From Bacilli bacterium (GTDB taxonomy: Bacteria; Bacillota_I; Bacilli_A; RFN20; CAG-826): a stretch of 64,000 nt of DNA. The notes beneath the pieces are model-generated. The model had not been told where the DNA came from, ran no database searches, and worked only from the letters and a program-made list of their open reading frames with translations. Where the stretch lies: contig JAFUEZ010000004.1 in the NCBI GenBank assembly GCA_017470115.1, positions 76,891 to 140,890 of the forward strand, written 5' to 3'. Made by a program: the position numbers and the translations under genes. Below, piece by piece: positions 36,630 through 46,490 of this stretch. Position 1 is the first letter of the stretch; every line of letters starts with the position of its first letter.

Positions 36630-38606
36630 CTAATTTCGTTCAGCTTTTAATTCAAACAATATATCACGAAGCTCAATGGCTTTTTCAAAGTCAAATTCTT
36701 TAGCTGCCTTATGCATTGCTTTTTCAACTTCTTTAATTTTTGCATCAAGTTCCTTCTTTGTTAACTTAGCTTTCGAAATATCGTATGTTTCAGCTTCGGT
36801 TTCAATGCTATGAAGAGGCGCTTGAATAGGTTTAATGATTGTTTCAGGAATAATTCCCATTTCATCATTATATTTTTGTTGAATTGCTCTTCTTCTGTTT
36901 GTTTCACTTATACATTCTTTCATAGAATCAGTGATTGTATCAGCGTACATAATCGCTTTGCCATTTACGTTTCTAGCCGCACGACCAACAACTTGAATTA
37001 ATGAACGTGTGCTTCTTAAAAAGCCTTCTTTATCCGCATCAAGAATCGCAATCAAACTGACTTCAGGAATATCTAAACCTTCTCTTAAAAGATTAATTCC
37101 TACAAGGACATCATATTTCCCTTTTCTTAATTGATATATAATTTCACTTCTTTCTAAAGTTTTGCATTCTGAGTGCATATATACAGTTTTTATATCGTGT
37201 TCCTTTAAAAAAGCCGTCAAATCCTCAGCCATTTTGATTGTTAAAGTGACGATCATCACTCTTTCGTTTCTTTTAATTCTTTCTTTAATTTCGAACATTA
37301 AATCATCAATTTGACCTAACGTTTGACGTACTTCAATTTCGGGATCTAATAAACCAGTAGGTCTAATAATTTGTTCAACAAATTTTCCTCCAGTTTTTTC
37401 AAGTTCAAAATCTCCAGGTGTGGCACTCGTGCAAATAACTTGATTTATTTCACCTTGAAATTCATCAAAATTTAATGGTCTATTATCTAGAGCACTTGGA
37501 AGTCTAAAACCATATTCAACTAAATTTAGTTTTCTGCTTCTATCACCGTTAAACATACCTCTAATTTGTGGAAGCGTAACGTGACTTTCATCTACAAAAA
37601 GTAGATAATCATCAGCAAAATAATCCATTAAACAAAATGGTTTTTCACCAGGTTTTCTATGATCAATATGTCTAGAATAGTTTTCGATTCCAGGACACAT
37701 TCCAAACTCCCTTAAACTAGCAAGATCTTGTTTGGTTCTCATTTCGATTCTCTCTTTTTCAAGTGGTTTACCTTCTGCTTCATAGAATTTCATTCTTTCA
37801 AGAAGTTCTTCATAGATTGTTTCGCAAGCGCGCAAAATATTTTCGCTCGTGGATGCGTGATCATATGCAGGAAATAAATTAAAAGTTTTATATCGTTCAA
37901 TTACTTCACCTGTTAAATAATTTACTTTAGCAATATGTTCAATGTCTTCATCGAAACAATCGATTCGAATATACCACTCTGAAGAGTCCGCTGGCATAAT
38001 ATCAATTAAATCGCCATGAACTCTAAATCTGCCAGGTTGTAAATCAATATCATTTCTCTTGTATGATTGATTGATTAGTTTAGTGAAAAATTCTCTTCTA
38101 TCAAGCTTTTCACCAACTCTAATATCAAAAATTAACTTTTTATATTCATCAGGATCAGTAAGTCCATAGATTGAAGCAACAGATGCGACAACAATCGTAT
38201 CTCTTCTGCTCATAACTGAGTTAATAGCACTAACTCTCATCATTTCAAGCTCATCATTCATCATCGCTTCTTTTCCAATATATGTATCACTTGAAGGAAT
38301 GTAAGCTTCAGGCTGATAAAAATCAAAATTAGAAACAAAATATTCAACTCGATTCTCTGGAAATAATTCTTTAAATTCTGCATAAAGTTGACCAGCTAAA
38401 GTTTTATTATGAACAAGAATTAATGTAGGTTTTTGTACTTTTTCAATTATATTTGCCATTGTAAAAGTCTTACCCGTTCCGGTAGCGCCAAGTAAAACTT
38501 GATATTTTTTCCCTTCATTTATGCCTTCAACTAATTCTTTTATAGCATTTGGTTGATCACCCGAAGGTTTAAAATTACTATGTATGACAAATTTCTTATT
38601 TTCCAT
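36630..38606 (-). CDS. uvrB: excinuclease ABC subunit B
   Basis: GATGTGKTF and DESH motifs, C-terminal UVR domain (AAKEFDFEKAIELRD). Confidence 0.97.
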   Translation of the reverse strand: MENKKFVIHSNFKPSGDQPNAIKELVEGINEGKKYQVLLGATGTGKTFTMANIIEKVQKPTLILVHNKTLAGQLYAEFKELFPENRVEYFVSNFDFYQPEAYIPSSDTYIGKEAMMNDELEMMRVSAINSVMSRRDTIVVASVASIYGLTDPDEYKKLIFDIRVGEKLDRREFFTKLINQSYKRNDIDLQPGRFRVHGDLIDIMPADSSEWYIRIDCFDEDIEHIAKVNYLTGEVIERYKTFNLFPAYDHASTSENILRACETIYEELLERMKFYEAEGKPLEKERIEMRTKQDLASLREFGMCPGIENYSRHIDHRKPGEKPFCLMDYFADDYLLFVDESHVTLPQIRGMFNGDRSRKLNLVEYGFRLPSALDNRPLNFDEFQGEINQVICTSATPGDFELEKTGGKFVEQIIRPTGLLDPEIEVRQTLGQIDDLMFEIKERIKRNERVMIVTLTIKMAEDLTAFLKEHDIKTVYMHSECKTLERSEIIYQLRKGKYDVLVGINLLREGLDIPEVSLIAILDADKEGFLRSTRSLIQVVGRAARNVNGKAIMYADTITDSMKECISETNRRRAIQQKYNDEMGIIPETIIKPIQAPLHSIETEAETYDISKAKLTKKELDAKIKEVEKAMHKAAKEFDFEKAIELRDILFELKAERN

Positions 38607-39639
38607 TTTTATCTTTTTTGGACTTGTTATATTTCTTTATGAGTTTAATTGAAGATTCGTTTTGAGCTTGTAAATAATCAAAACCTTCTCCACCAACGAA
38701 TAATGTTCTAAAGAAACTACAGAACGCTTTAGAATCAATGGATGCAATGCCGCTTCTAATTTTTGAATATTCTCTTTTTGAAAACAAAATTCGAACCATT
38801 TTCTTCTCATCACCACTATATGCGCCTGTAACATTAAAGATTGTTGCACTTCTATCTAGTTCATTAATAGCAAATTTAACTATCTCTTCTGGCTTGTCAG
38901 TAATAATATCAACGCCATAAGAATCTGTTCTTGAAGAGTAGAATTGTTCAACCGCAATAGATGCAATAAATGCGCCAAGAATACCAAAAACGCTGCTAAT
39001 AAGCAATATATTTGAAGAATTTACAATACTTAATATAATTCCAGTACCAACTATTGTTGCATCAATTGCAAAATATGGAACCGTCTCTTTTATACCTGTA
39101 TATTTTGTAATAATAAACGTTAAAACATCTACACCGCCAGTTGAAGCACCAACTCTAAAAGTTAAAGCACAACCAACTCCTTGGAGTAAACCACCTAGTA
39201 AAGCAAATGCTAAGATTAATCCAAGAGATATATCTAAACTTCCAAGATTTTGAATAACACCATTTTCAAGCACATATGGGGCATTGTTCAAAACTAAATC
39301 TAAAAAGAATTTTTGAAGCCCTGTTCTTAATATAATAGTCATAAAAACAGGTTCCAAAATTGTGACAATTAAAGTTGATAAAGAAAACCTTGGTCCTAAA
39401 AATATTAATCCGACAGCAAAAAGAACCCAATAAAAGATATATGAAGTGATATCCACAGGTAAAAAACCACTAAACAAAATAGTAATACCTGTAATTCCAC
39501 CAATGTTAATTGAAAATGGTACTAGAAAAAATCCACTACCAATAGCTAGTAAAATTGATGCAACAAAAATAATGAAGATATTCTTCAAAGTCTTTTTCAA
39601 ATTTTCTTTTTTAAAAATATTTTCAAAAACTTTACTCAT
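38596..39639 (-). CDS. YitT-family membrane protein (DUF2179 C-terminal domain)
   Basis: Polytopic N-terminus plus a soluble C-terminal domain typical of the YitT/YqfU family. Confidence 0.8.
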   Translation of the reverse strand: MSKVFENIFKKENLKKTLKNIFIIFVASILLAIGSGFFLVPFSINIGGITGITILFSGFLPVDITSYIFYWVLFAVGLIFLGPRFSLSTLIVTILEPVFMTIILRTGLQKFFLDLVLNNAPYVLENGVIQNLGSLDISLGLILAFALLGGLLQGVGCALTFRVGASTGGVDVLTFIITKYTGIKETVPYFAIDATIVGTGIILSIVNSSNILLISSVFGILGAFIASIAVEQFYSSRTDSYGVDIITDKPEEIVKFAINELDRSATIFNVTGAYSGDEKKMVRILFSKREYSKIRSGIASIDSKAFCSFFRTLFVGGEGFDYLQAQNESSIKLIKKYNKSKKDKNGK

Positions 39640-40742
39640 TTTTCTTAGCTTCCTTTTCTAAATATGCATAGATAAATTTATCTAAATCTCCATCCATAAC
39701 TTTAGCAATTTGTGTGTCTTCGCAATTAGTTCTATTATCCTTTACCAAGGTGTAAGGACAAAATACATATGATCTGATTTGCGAACCCCACTCTATATTT
39801 TTTTGCTCACCAATAATTCCTTGCAGTTTAGCTTTTCTTTCTCTTTCTTGAATCTCAAATAATTGAGATTTAAGCATATTCATCGCAAGTTCTCTATTTT
39901 TAAGTTGTGTTCTTTCAACTTGACAAGATACAACGATTCCTGTTGGTATATGTGTAATACGTACTGCAGTTTCAACTTTATTAACGTTTTGACCGCCAGC
40001 ACCACCACTTCTATAAGTATCAATTTTTAAATCTGCTGGGTTAATATCAACGTTTATACTGTCATCAAATTGAGGTATGACATTTACACTAGCAAAACTA
40101 GTATGACGTCTTGCATTAGCATCAAAAGGAGAAATTCTAACTAATCTATGAACGCCTTTTTCTCCTTTAAGTAAGCCGTAAACGTTTTCGCCTTCAATTA
40201 AAAGCGTAACCGATTTAACTCCGGCTTCATCTCCTGGCAGATAGTCCATTACTTTAAATTTAAAACCATGTGATTCAGCAAATCTTTCATACATCCTTAA
40301 AAGCATGTTTGCCCAATCGCAAGCTTCAGTACCGCCAGCTCCTGGATGAATCTCCAAAACAGCATCTAATGAATCGTATTCACCATTAAATAAAACGATT
40401 ATTTTGAGTTTCTGTAACTCTTCGCTTGTAGCATTAAAAGACTCTAAAGCAAATTGACCCATTTCATCGTCATTTACATCTAGTGTTTCCACCAATTCTT
40501 TTAAGTCTTTTATTTCAGATTCTAATTTTTTATATAGTTTATTTTTTTCAATCAAACTATTTTTCTTATCAATAATTTTACTAGCTTCTCTTTGATTGGA
40601 CCGGAATCCATCTTGAAGAGAAAGTGCTTCATATTCGTTTATTTTTTGTTCTAATTTAGGCAAGTCAAAGAGAATCACCGAGCTGTAAAATCTCTTTTTC
40701 AGCCTCATTTAATCCAATCTTTAAAGTGTATAAATCAATCAT
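39632..40742 (-). CDS. prfB: peptide chain release factor 2 (requires programmed +1 frameshift)
   Basis: Frame 0 ATG at 40742 gives [25 protein letters not shown] then in-frame TGA. The +1 frame continues DLPKLEQK... with SPF and GGQ motifs. Confidence 0.93.
40664..40679 (-). other. RF2 programmed +1 frameshift site
   Basis: Minus strand reads GGTGAT TCT CTT TGA C: the CTT-TGA-C slippery/stop context preceded at 3 nt by GGUGAU, which is complementary to the 16S 3' end. Confidence 0.9.
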
Positions 40743-40752
40743 TTTAAACCTC

Positions 40753-43476
40753 TTAATTAGTATGAATATCTTCGAAATTATTTTCCTTTGCAGCTGTAGC
40801 ATTTTCATCAATATCAGTGATATTTAAACTTGCTTTTGCATCAACTTTAGGTTGATCTTCAGCTGGTTTTTCTTCTGCTTTTGCAGCGCTTTCTGCCTTT
40901 GGTGCTTCTGCAACAGGTGCATCATCAACACTGGTTGAACTTTCAGCTTTTTGAGCACTAACTTGAGTTGCTTGTTCTTCCTTTGTTTCAGCAACTTTTA
41001 ATTGAGGATTCTCTTGTTCAACAGCTGGTTTTTGTTCAACATCTTTAGCATTAATTGTAAATCCGTTTTTATTTTCTTGGACCTTACGTTCAAGTTTAAC
41101 GTTCATTAAATTAAGGACGACTTCAAGAGCAATTGTTTCAAGCATTTCTCTAAACATAGCCCAACCTTCATTAACGTAATCTTGAAGAGGGTTAATTTGT
41201 CCGTAACTTCTTAAAGAAACTGATTCTCTAAATCTTGTCATGTTATCAATTTGTTGTGTCCAGTTTCTATCAATACATCTTAATGTAATTTGTCTTTCAA
41301 CTTGGGAAGCTTGTTGAGGATCCCATTCAGATTTTTTGTGTTGATATGCGTCAAGTAAAACTTCACCTAAATCTTCACCTGCTTCTTGAGGATTTGCTTC
41401 ATCATAAAGTGATGGCTTAATTGCTCCTTCAGGCAAGAATCTAGGAACAAGGATATTAACTAAATTATCACCATGAACTGTTTTGTTAGGATCATCTTCA
41501 GGAATTGAACGTTTACATAAAGCTACACCACAATCCTTAAATGTATCTAAAATAAGTTCACTAATATCTTTTGCAAAAAGAATTTGATCACGTTTTGCAT
41601 ACATAATTTGTCTTTGCTTTGATTGAACATCATCATAATCAAGTAAATTCTTACGAACATCAAAGTTTTGACCTTCAATACGTTTTTGAGCACTTGTAAT
41701 TGCTGATGTTAACATTCTGCTTTCGATAGCTTCATCGCCATATCCAGCAAACATTTTTCTTAAATTATCATTAGCAAATCTCACCATTAATTCATCTTCA
41801 AGTGAGACATAGAATCTAGAGAAACCTGGATCGCCTTGACGTCCACTACGACCTCTTAATTGGTTATCAATACGTCTTGATTCATGTCTTTCTAAACCAA
41901 AGACACAAAGTCCGCCAAGAGCTCTTGTCTCTGGAGTTAACTTAATATCAGTACCACGGCCAGCCATGTTAGTTGCAAGTGTAATTCTTCCTTTTTCACC
42001 AGCGTGGGAAATAATTTCAGCTTCTCTAGCGTGGTTCTTAGCATTTAACATTTCAAAATTTAATCCAGCATTAGTAAGGTTTAATGCGATTTCTTCTGAA
42101 GCTTCAACAGATGGAGTACCAATTAAGATTGGTTGTCCTTTTTCATGTCTTTCCTTGACTTCTTTAACTAAAGCTTTAATTTTTGCTTGTTTTGTTCCAA
42201 AGACATAATCTGTAGCATCTTGTCTAATAACAGGTTTATTTGTAGGAACACAAACAACCTTCATGTTATAAATTTTTCTAAATTCTTCTTCTTCAGTTTT
42301 TGCAGTACCAGTCATACCACCAATCTTCTTAAATAATCTAAAGAAGTTTTGGTATGTGATTGTAGCAAGTGTAACAGTCTCTTCTTTAATCTTTACACCT
42401 TCTTTAGCTTGGATAGCTTGTTGTAAACCATCACTATATTCACGACCTTTTAAAACACGGCCTGTAAATTGGTCGATAAGTTGAATCTCATTTTCTTGAT
42501 CAACGAGATATTCAACATCTCTACTCATAATATAATTTGCTTTTAAAGCTTGGTGAATTCTATGAACTAAATCATTATATTGAGGAGCATAAAGATTGCT
42601 TATACCAAACATTCTTTCGGCTTTATCAACACCTTTATCAGTTAAATTACATGATTTAGTTTTGACATCGACTTCAAAATCACCATCAGGAACATATTCT
42701 GGATGTCTCTTTTTGTAGTCTTCATCAACTGGAGTTGATTTTCTTAAAGTTTTAACGAACCTATCAGCAACGGTATATTGAGAAGCACTTGCTTTTGCAC
42801 CACCTGAAATAATAAGTGGGGTTCTAGATTCATCGATTAAAACAGAGTCAGCTTCGTCAACGATACAATAATTTAATGGTCTTAAAACACGTTGGCTTGC
42901 TGATGGAGCCATATTATCTCTTAGATAGTCGAAACCAAGTTCAGAGTTGATTGTATAAGTAACATCACATGCATGTGCTGCTTTCTTTTCTTCTGTATGC
43001 AAGCTGTGTAAGTTAACACCAACTGTCAAACCTAACCATTTAAAAACTTGTCCCATTTCGTTAGCATCACGTTGAGCTAAGTATTCGTTAACGGTAACAA
43101 CGTGGACGCCTTTTCCTGTTAAAGCATTTAAATAAACAGGCATGGTTTCAGTTAAAGTTTTACCTTCACCAGTCTTCATTTCGGCGATGTCACCATCATT
43201 TAAAACTAATCCACCGATAATTTGGACTTCAAATGGATACATTCCAAGGACACGTCTACATGCTTCTCTAACAACAGCAAAAGCTTCAAATTTAATATCA
43301 TTTAAAGTCTTTCCTTCGTTAAGTTTTGCTTTAAATTCTTCTGTTTTTCCTCTAAGTTCATCATCACTCATAGCAGCCATTTTGTCTGCTAATTTAACAA
43401 CATTTCTTGCTTCTTTTTTGTACTTATTGAGGATTCTTTTGTCAATTCTAAATATTTTTTCAATAATGTTTGCCAT
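40753..43476 (-). CDS. secA: preprotein translocase ATPase SecA
   Basis: MKTGEGKTL, VDEADSVLIDE and GGLCVFGLERHESRRIDNQLRGRSGRQGDPG motifs. Cys-free acidic/Ala-rich C-terminal tail. Confidence 0.97.
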   Translation of the reverse strand: MANIIEKIFRIDKRILNKYKKEARNVVKLADKMAAMSDDELRGKTEEFKAKLNEGKTLNDIKFEAFAVVREACRRVLGMYPFEVQIIGGLVLNDGDIAEMKTGEGKTLTETMPVYLNALTGKGVHVVTVNEYLAQRDANEMGQVFKWLGLTVGVNLHSLHTEEKKAAHACDVTYTINSELGFDYLRDNMAPSASQRVLRPLNYCIVDEADSVLIDESRTPLIISGGAKASASQYTVADRFVKTLRKSTPVDEDYKKRHPEYVPDGDFEVDVKTKSCNLTDKGVDKAERMFGISNLYAPQYNDLVHRIHQALKANYIMSRDVEYLVDQENEIQLIDQFTGRVLKGREYSDGLQQAIQAKEGVKIKEETVTLATITYQNFFRLFKKIGGMTGTAKTEEEEFRKIYNMKVVCVPTNKPVIRQDATDYVFGTKQAKIKALVKEVKERHEKGQPILIGTPSVEASEEIALNLTNAGLNFEMLNAKNHAREAEIISHAGEKGRITLATNMAGRGTDIKLTPETRALGGLCVFGLERHESRRIDNQLRGRSGRQGDPGFSRFYVSLEDELMVRFANDNLRKMFAGYGDEAIESRMLTSAITSAQKRIEGQNFDVRKNLLDYDDVQSKQRQIMYAKRDQILFAKDISELILDTFKDCGVALCKRSIPEDDPNKTVHGDNLVNILVPRFLPEGAIKPSLYDEANPQEAGEDLGEVLLDAYQHKKSEWDPQQASQVERQITLRCIDRNWTQQIDNMTRFRESVSLRSYGQINPLQDYVNEGWAMFREMLETIALEVVLNLMNVKLERKVQENKNGFTINAKDVEQKPAVEQENPQLKVAETKEEQATQVSAQKAESSTSVDDAPVAEAPKAESAAKAEEKPAEDQPKVDAKASLNITDIDENATAAKENNFEDIHTN

Positions 43477-43555
43477 AAAATCACCTATAAAACTTTAAAT
43501 ATTCTATCATTAAGCCCCTTAACATTAAAGAATTTTTAATTCTTTTATGTTTTTG

Positions 43556-44305
43556 TTATTTCAAAACATCGATATATCCTGAAATTTGTTTAAGTTCATC
43601 TTTTGAAAAATCTCTTTTTGCAACAACCAAAATTTTGATCTTTTTTGGGTTAGATTGCTTAACAAGTTTAATTGCAGCTCTTAATGTAGATCCTGTTGTG
43701 CAAATATCGTCAACCAAGAGGATTTTTTTATTTTTAAGACATACACCCTCTTTCAAAAAAATGTACTTTTCAATCTCTTTTCTTTTCTTGAAGGATTGAT
43801 CTGATTGTTTGTGATGTTCACTTTTATAAAGGCAATCACAAATTTTAAGATTTAAACAAGAGAAAATCTCTTTTACATGATTGAAACCTCTTCTATTGTC
43901 ATCACCTTCATAAGACGGAAGAAAAACTATATTGTAGCCTCGATATCTTAAATTCAGTTCGAAAGAATATGGTTTAACAAAAATTTGCGCTAACTCTATA
44001 TCTGAACATCCTTTTAATTGAAATATCTTACTTTTAATTGACTCATCATAATTGTATAAAGCTAAAGCATTATAGCCATCAATTTTATAGCTTTTAAATA
44101 TTGGTTTTAAAGAGGCTAAACACTTACTGCAAACTTCAACTTCATTTGCAAAATTATGAAAGCTTTTTTCTTCTATAGGTTCAAAACAAATCTTACAAAA
44201 ATGTGTTTTCGTATCTGATTTCTTTAATAGATTCAGCCATCGCTTCGCTTTTTCTTTCAGCAAAATAAGTGATTTCACCATTTGTTGCTCCAATAACTCT
44301 TCCAA
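43556..44305 (-). CDS. comFC: ComF family protein (ComFC, phosphoribosyltransferase domain); start uncertain
   Basis: N-terminal CKIC...CSKC zinc finger and PRTase motif LLVDDICTTGSTL. Candidate ATGs at 44305 and 44281 both overlap the comFA 3' end. Confidence 0.8.
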   Translation of the reverse strand: MEELLEQQMVKSLILLKEKAKRWLNLLKKSDTKTHFCKICFEPIEEKSFHNFANEVEVCSKCLASLKPIFKSYKIDGYNALALYNYDESIKSKIFQLKGCSDIELAQIFVKPYSFELNLRYRGYNIVFLPSYEGDDNRRGFNHVKEIFSCLNLKICDCLYKSEHHKQSDQSFKKRKEIEKYIFLKEGVCLKNKKILLVDDICTTGSTLRAAIKLVKQSNPKKIKILVVAKRDFSKDELKQISGYIDVLK

Positions 44306-45338
44306 CTCTTCCAGATATTTGTATTAGGGCTTCTTTTGTGTAAATATTGCTTGCAGCATTATAAATAATGACTTGTAAATTTTTAACAGTTACTCCTCTT
44401 TCTAATACTGCTGTTGTAACAAGATATTTGTATTTTCCTAGGCGAAAATCTTCAATCCTTTTTTCGCGATCTTTGCATTTAGAATGAACAAAATATCCTG
44501 ATTTAGCAAAGTTTTTTAGAAAATAATACATAATTTCGCATTCTTCAATGGTTGGACAAAATATAAATACAGGTTTATTTTCTTTTAGATGTTTCTTTAA
44601 TTTAATCAATACTAATATCGGCAACAATATCTTCAAGTTCACCCTACATTCTGGAACTGGAATTGGCTGTTTATGATATCTCGTATGGAGTTCTAAAAGT
44701 GTCTTGTCATCTCTATTTTTGAATTCATCAACTAAAGAATTTGAAGGTGTTGCACTCATTAGGATGTAATTTCCTTTAACGCTTCTTTTAAATATTTGAT
44801 TTAAAACATAATTGTCTTTATATGGGAAGGCATCAATTTCATCTAATATCAATAGATCAAAATACTTCTCATATCTATATAATTGATGAGTTGTTAAACA
44901 CAAAATATCGCCAGTAAGCAAACTAGTATTACCCCCAAATATTGCAGTAACAATGTAATTTGAAAAAGCATTTTGTAATCTTTTTGCTAGTTCAACTACG
45001 ACATCTCTTCTTGGTATTGCAAAGCCTATTTTCCATTTATTTTTTAGCCCATAATTAATGCTTTTATATACAAGTTCAGTTTTTCCGGCGCCACAAACTG
45101 CATGTATCAGTACATTTTTATGACTAATAACAGATTCTAATGCTTTTGAAGAAATTTCATCCTGATCTTTAGAAAGTTTATAGTTGAGTTTTAGTTCTCC
45201 TTTAAATTTTCTTTCAAATAACTTGTCATCAACTTCTTCACCATGAAAACTAATGCATCTTCTGCAATATGTCTTTCCGTTTTTTATACCTAGATATCTC
45301 TTATCACTATTTCCACAAACACTACATACAAAATCTAT
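44193..45338 (-). CDS. comFA: ComFA competence helicase (DEAD/DEAH-box); no canonical start codon, 5' end inferred
   Basis: ORF-track part contains LDEIDAF, SATP and ISGRVGR. My upstream in-frame translation adds a Cys4 zinc finger (CSVCG...CRRC) and Walker A (CGAGKTE). There is no in-frame ATG/GTG/TTG between 45395 and 44922. Confidence 0.7.
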   Translation of the reverse strand: MDFVCSVCGNSDKRYLGIKNGKTYCRRCISFHGEEVDDKLFERKFKGELKLNYKLSKDQDEISSKALESVISHKNVLIHAVCGAGKTELVYKSINYGLKNKWKIGFAIPRRDVVVELAKRLQNAFSNYIVTAIFGGNTSLLTGDILCLTTHQLYRYEKYFDLLILDEIDAFPYKDNYVLNQIFKRSVKGNYILMSATPSNSLVDEFKNRDDKTLLELHTRYHKQPIPVPECRVNLKILLPILVLIKLKKHLKENKPVFIFCPTIEECEIMYYFLKNFAKSGYFVHSKCKDREKRIEDFRLGKYKYLVTTAVLERGVTVKNLQVIIYNAASNIYTKEALIQISGRVGRVIGATNGEITYFAERKSEAMAESIKEIRYENTFL

Positions 45339-45340
45339 AT

Positions 45341-45410
45341 AAAAACTCCCTTCACTAAATATAAAGGGAGTAATTGGTATTTTTTTCCGAAAAATTTACT
45401 GAAAATTCAA
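45341..45410 (-). repeat. 70-nt conserved leader, copy 2 (SD-occluding, terminator-like hairpin)
   Basis: 57/70 ungapped identity with 16851-16920. Perfect 8-bp hairpin ACTCCCTT-N11-AAGGGAGT followed by TTTTT on the minus strand. Confidence 0.7.
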
Positions 45411-45438
45411 TTATTTGTTCAAATGTTGATAAAATTTG

Positions 45439-45876
45439 TTATTTTTCAGCATCAATTATCGTTTGAACGCGCTTTTCATGTCTGCCGCCTTCAAAGTCTG
45501 TAGTTAAGAAAATATCAATTCTTCTCAACACTTCTTCTAAGGTCATAAAATGGGCTCCAAAGGAAATCATATTTGCGTTATTATGTCGTCTTATTAAACC
45601 TGCAACTTCATCAGCATAACCAATTCCGCATCTTACGCCTTTAATTTTGTTAGCAGCCATAGCTATTCCTTCACCAGTGTTGCAAATTAATATTCCATAA
45701 TCCGCTTCACCTTTTCCAACAAGTGCGGCTGCTTCTAAACCAAATTCTGCATAATTGCAGCTATCGCTTGAGTAAGTTCCAACATCCAAAACTTGATGTC
45801 CTAAACTTTCTAAATGTTTAATGATTTCACTTTTGTAAGCAAATCCTCCATGATCTGATCCAACTGCAATTTTCAT
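45439..45876 (-). CDS. rpiB: ribose-5-phosphate isomerase B
   Basis: KIAVGSDHGG and CNTGEGIAMAANK motifs, 145 aa. Confidence 0.93.
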   Translation of the reverse strand: MKIAVGSDHGGFAYKSEIIKHLESLGHQVLDVGTYSSDSCNYAEFGLEAAALVGKGEADYGILICNTGEGIAMAANKIKGVRCGIGYADEVAGLIRRHNNANMISFGAHFMTLEEVLRRIDIFLTTDFEGGRHEKRVQTIIDAEK

Positions 45877-46490
45877 TTTTGTAGCACTCCTTTTATTCTT
45901 TCTAAAGAAATTGGTCCTTCTCTTAATAATATAATATCATTTTCAACAATCTTTATGACAGTTGATGGGCTCATATCTTTTGTTTCACCTTCGATAATAC
46001 CTTCAATAGCTCCATCAAAATAATTAAGCACCCCTTGTGTGTTTCTTGCTGGAGACATATCAGCGGGATTTGCACTTGGTACTAAAAGCGGGACACCAAC
46101 CATGTCGATTAATTTTAAAACCGTTTCATCTTTAGGTATTCTAATTCCAACATAACCTGTTCCTAAATCTAAATAAGAAGGAATATTACTTTTTGCTTTC
46201 AAAATAATTGTTAGAGGTCCAGGCATAAATTCATTAATTATTCTTTTTGCTATATTATTGATTTCTAAAATATTTTCGACTTGAGAAATACTAGAACACA
46301 TCATTGTAAATGGCTTATCTGGGTGTCTTTTTTTAACTTTTATTAGGTTTTTGCAGGCTTTTTCACTATTTGAAATAACGCCAAGTCCAAAAACCGTTTC
46401 TGTTGGAAACGCTAATATGCCTTCATTTTTTAAAATCATTGAGGCTTCAGCTAATTCGTTTTTAGTTAATAGTTTTGTCTTCATAACCAC
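45873..46490 (-). CDS. tsaC: L-threonylcarbamoyladenylate synthase (YrdC/YwlC type, short form)
   Basis: AFPTETVFGLG and VPSANP motifs, 205 aa. Confidence 0.85.
   Translation of the reverse strand: MVMKTKLLTKNELAEASMILKNEGILAFPTETVFGLGVISNSEKACKNLIKVKKRHPDKPFTMMCSSISQVENILEINNIAKRIINEFMPGPLTIILKAKSNIPSYLDLGTGYVGIRIPKDETVLKLIDMVGVPLLVPSANPADMSPARNTQGVLNYFDGAIEGIIEGETKDMSPSTVIKIVENDIILLREGPISLERIKGVLQK

Noticed and set aside
39455-39463. DnaA-box-like ATATCCACA inside the yitT gene.
   Set aside because: It is a single 8/9 match within a coding region with no cluster of boxes and no adjacent dnaA or dnaN, so it is not an origin.
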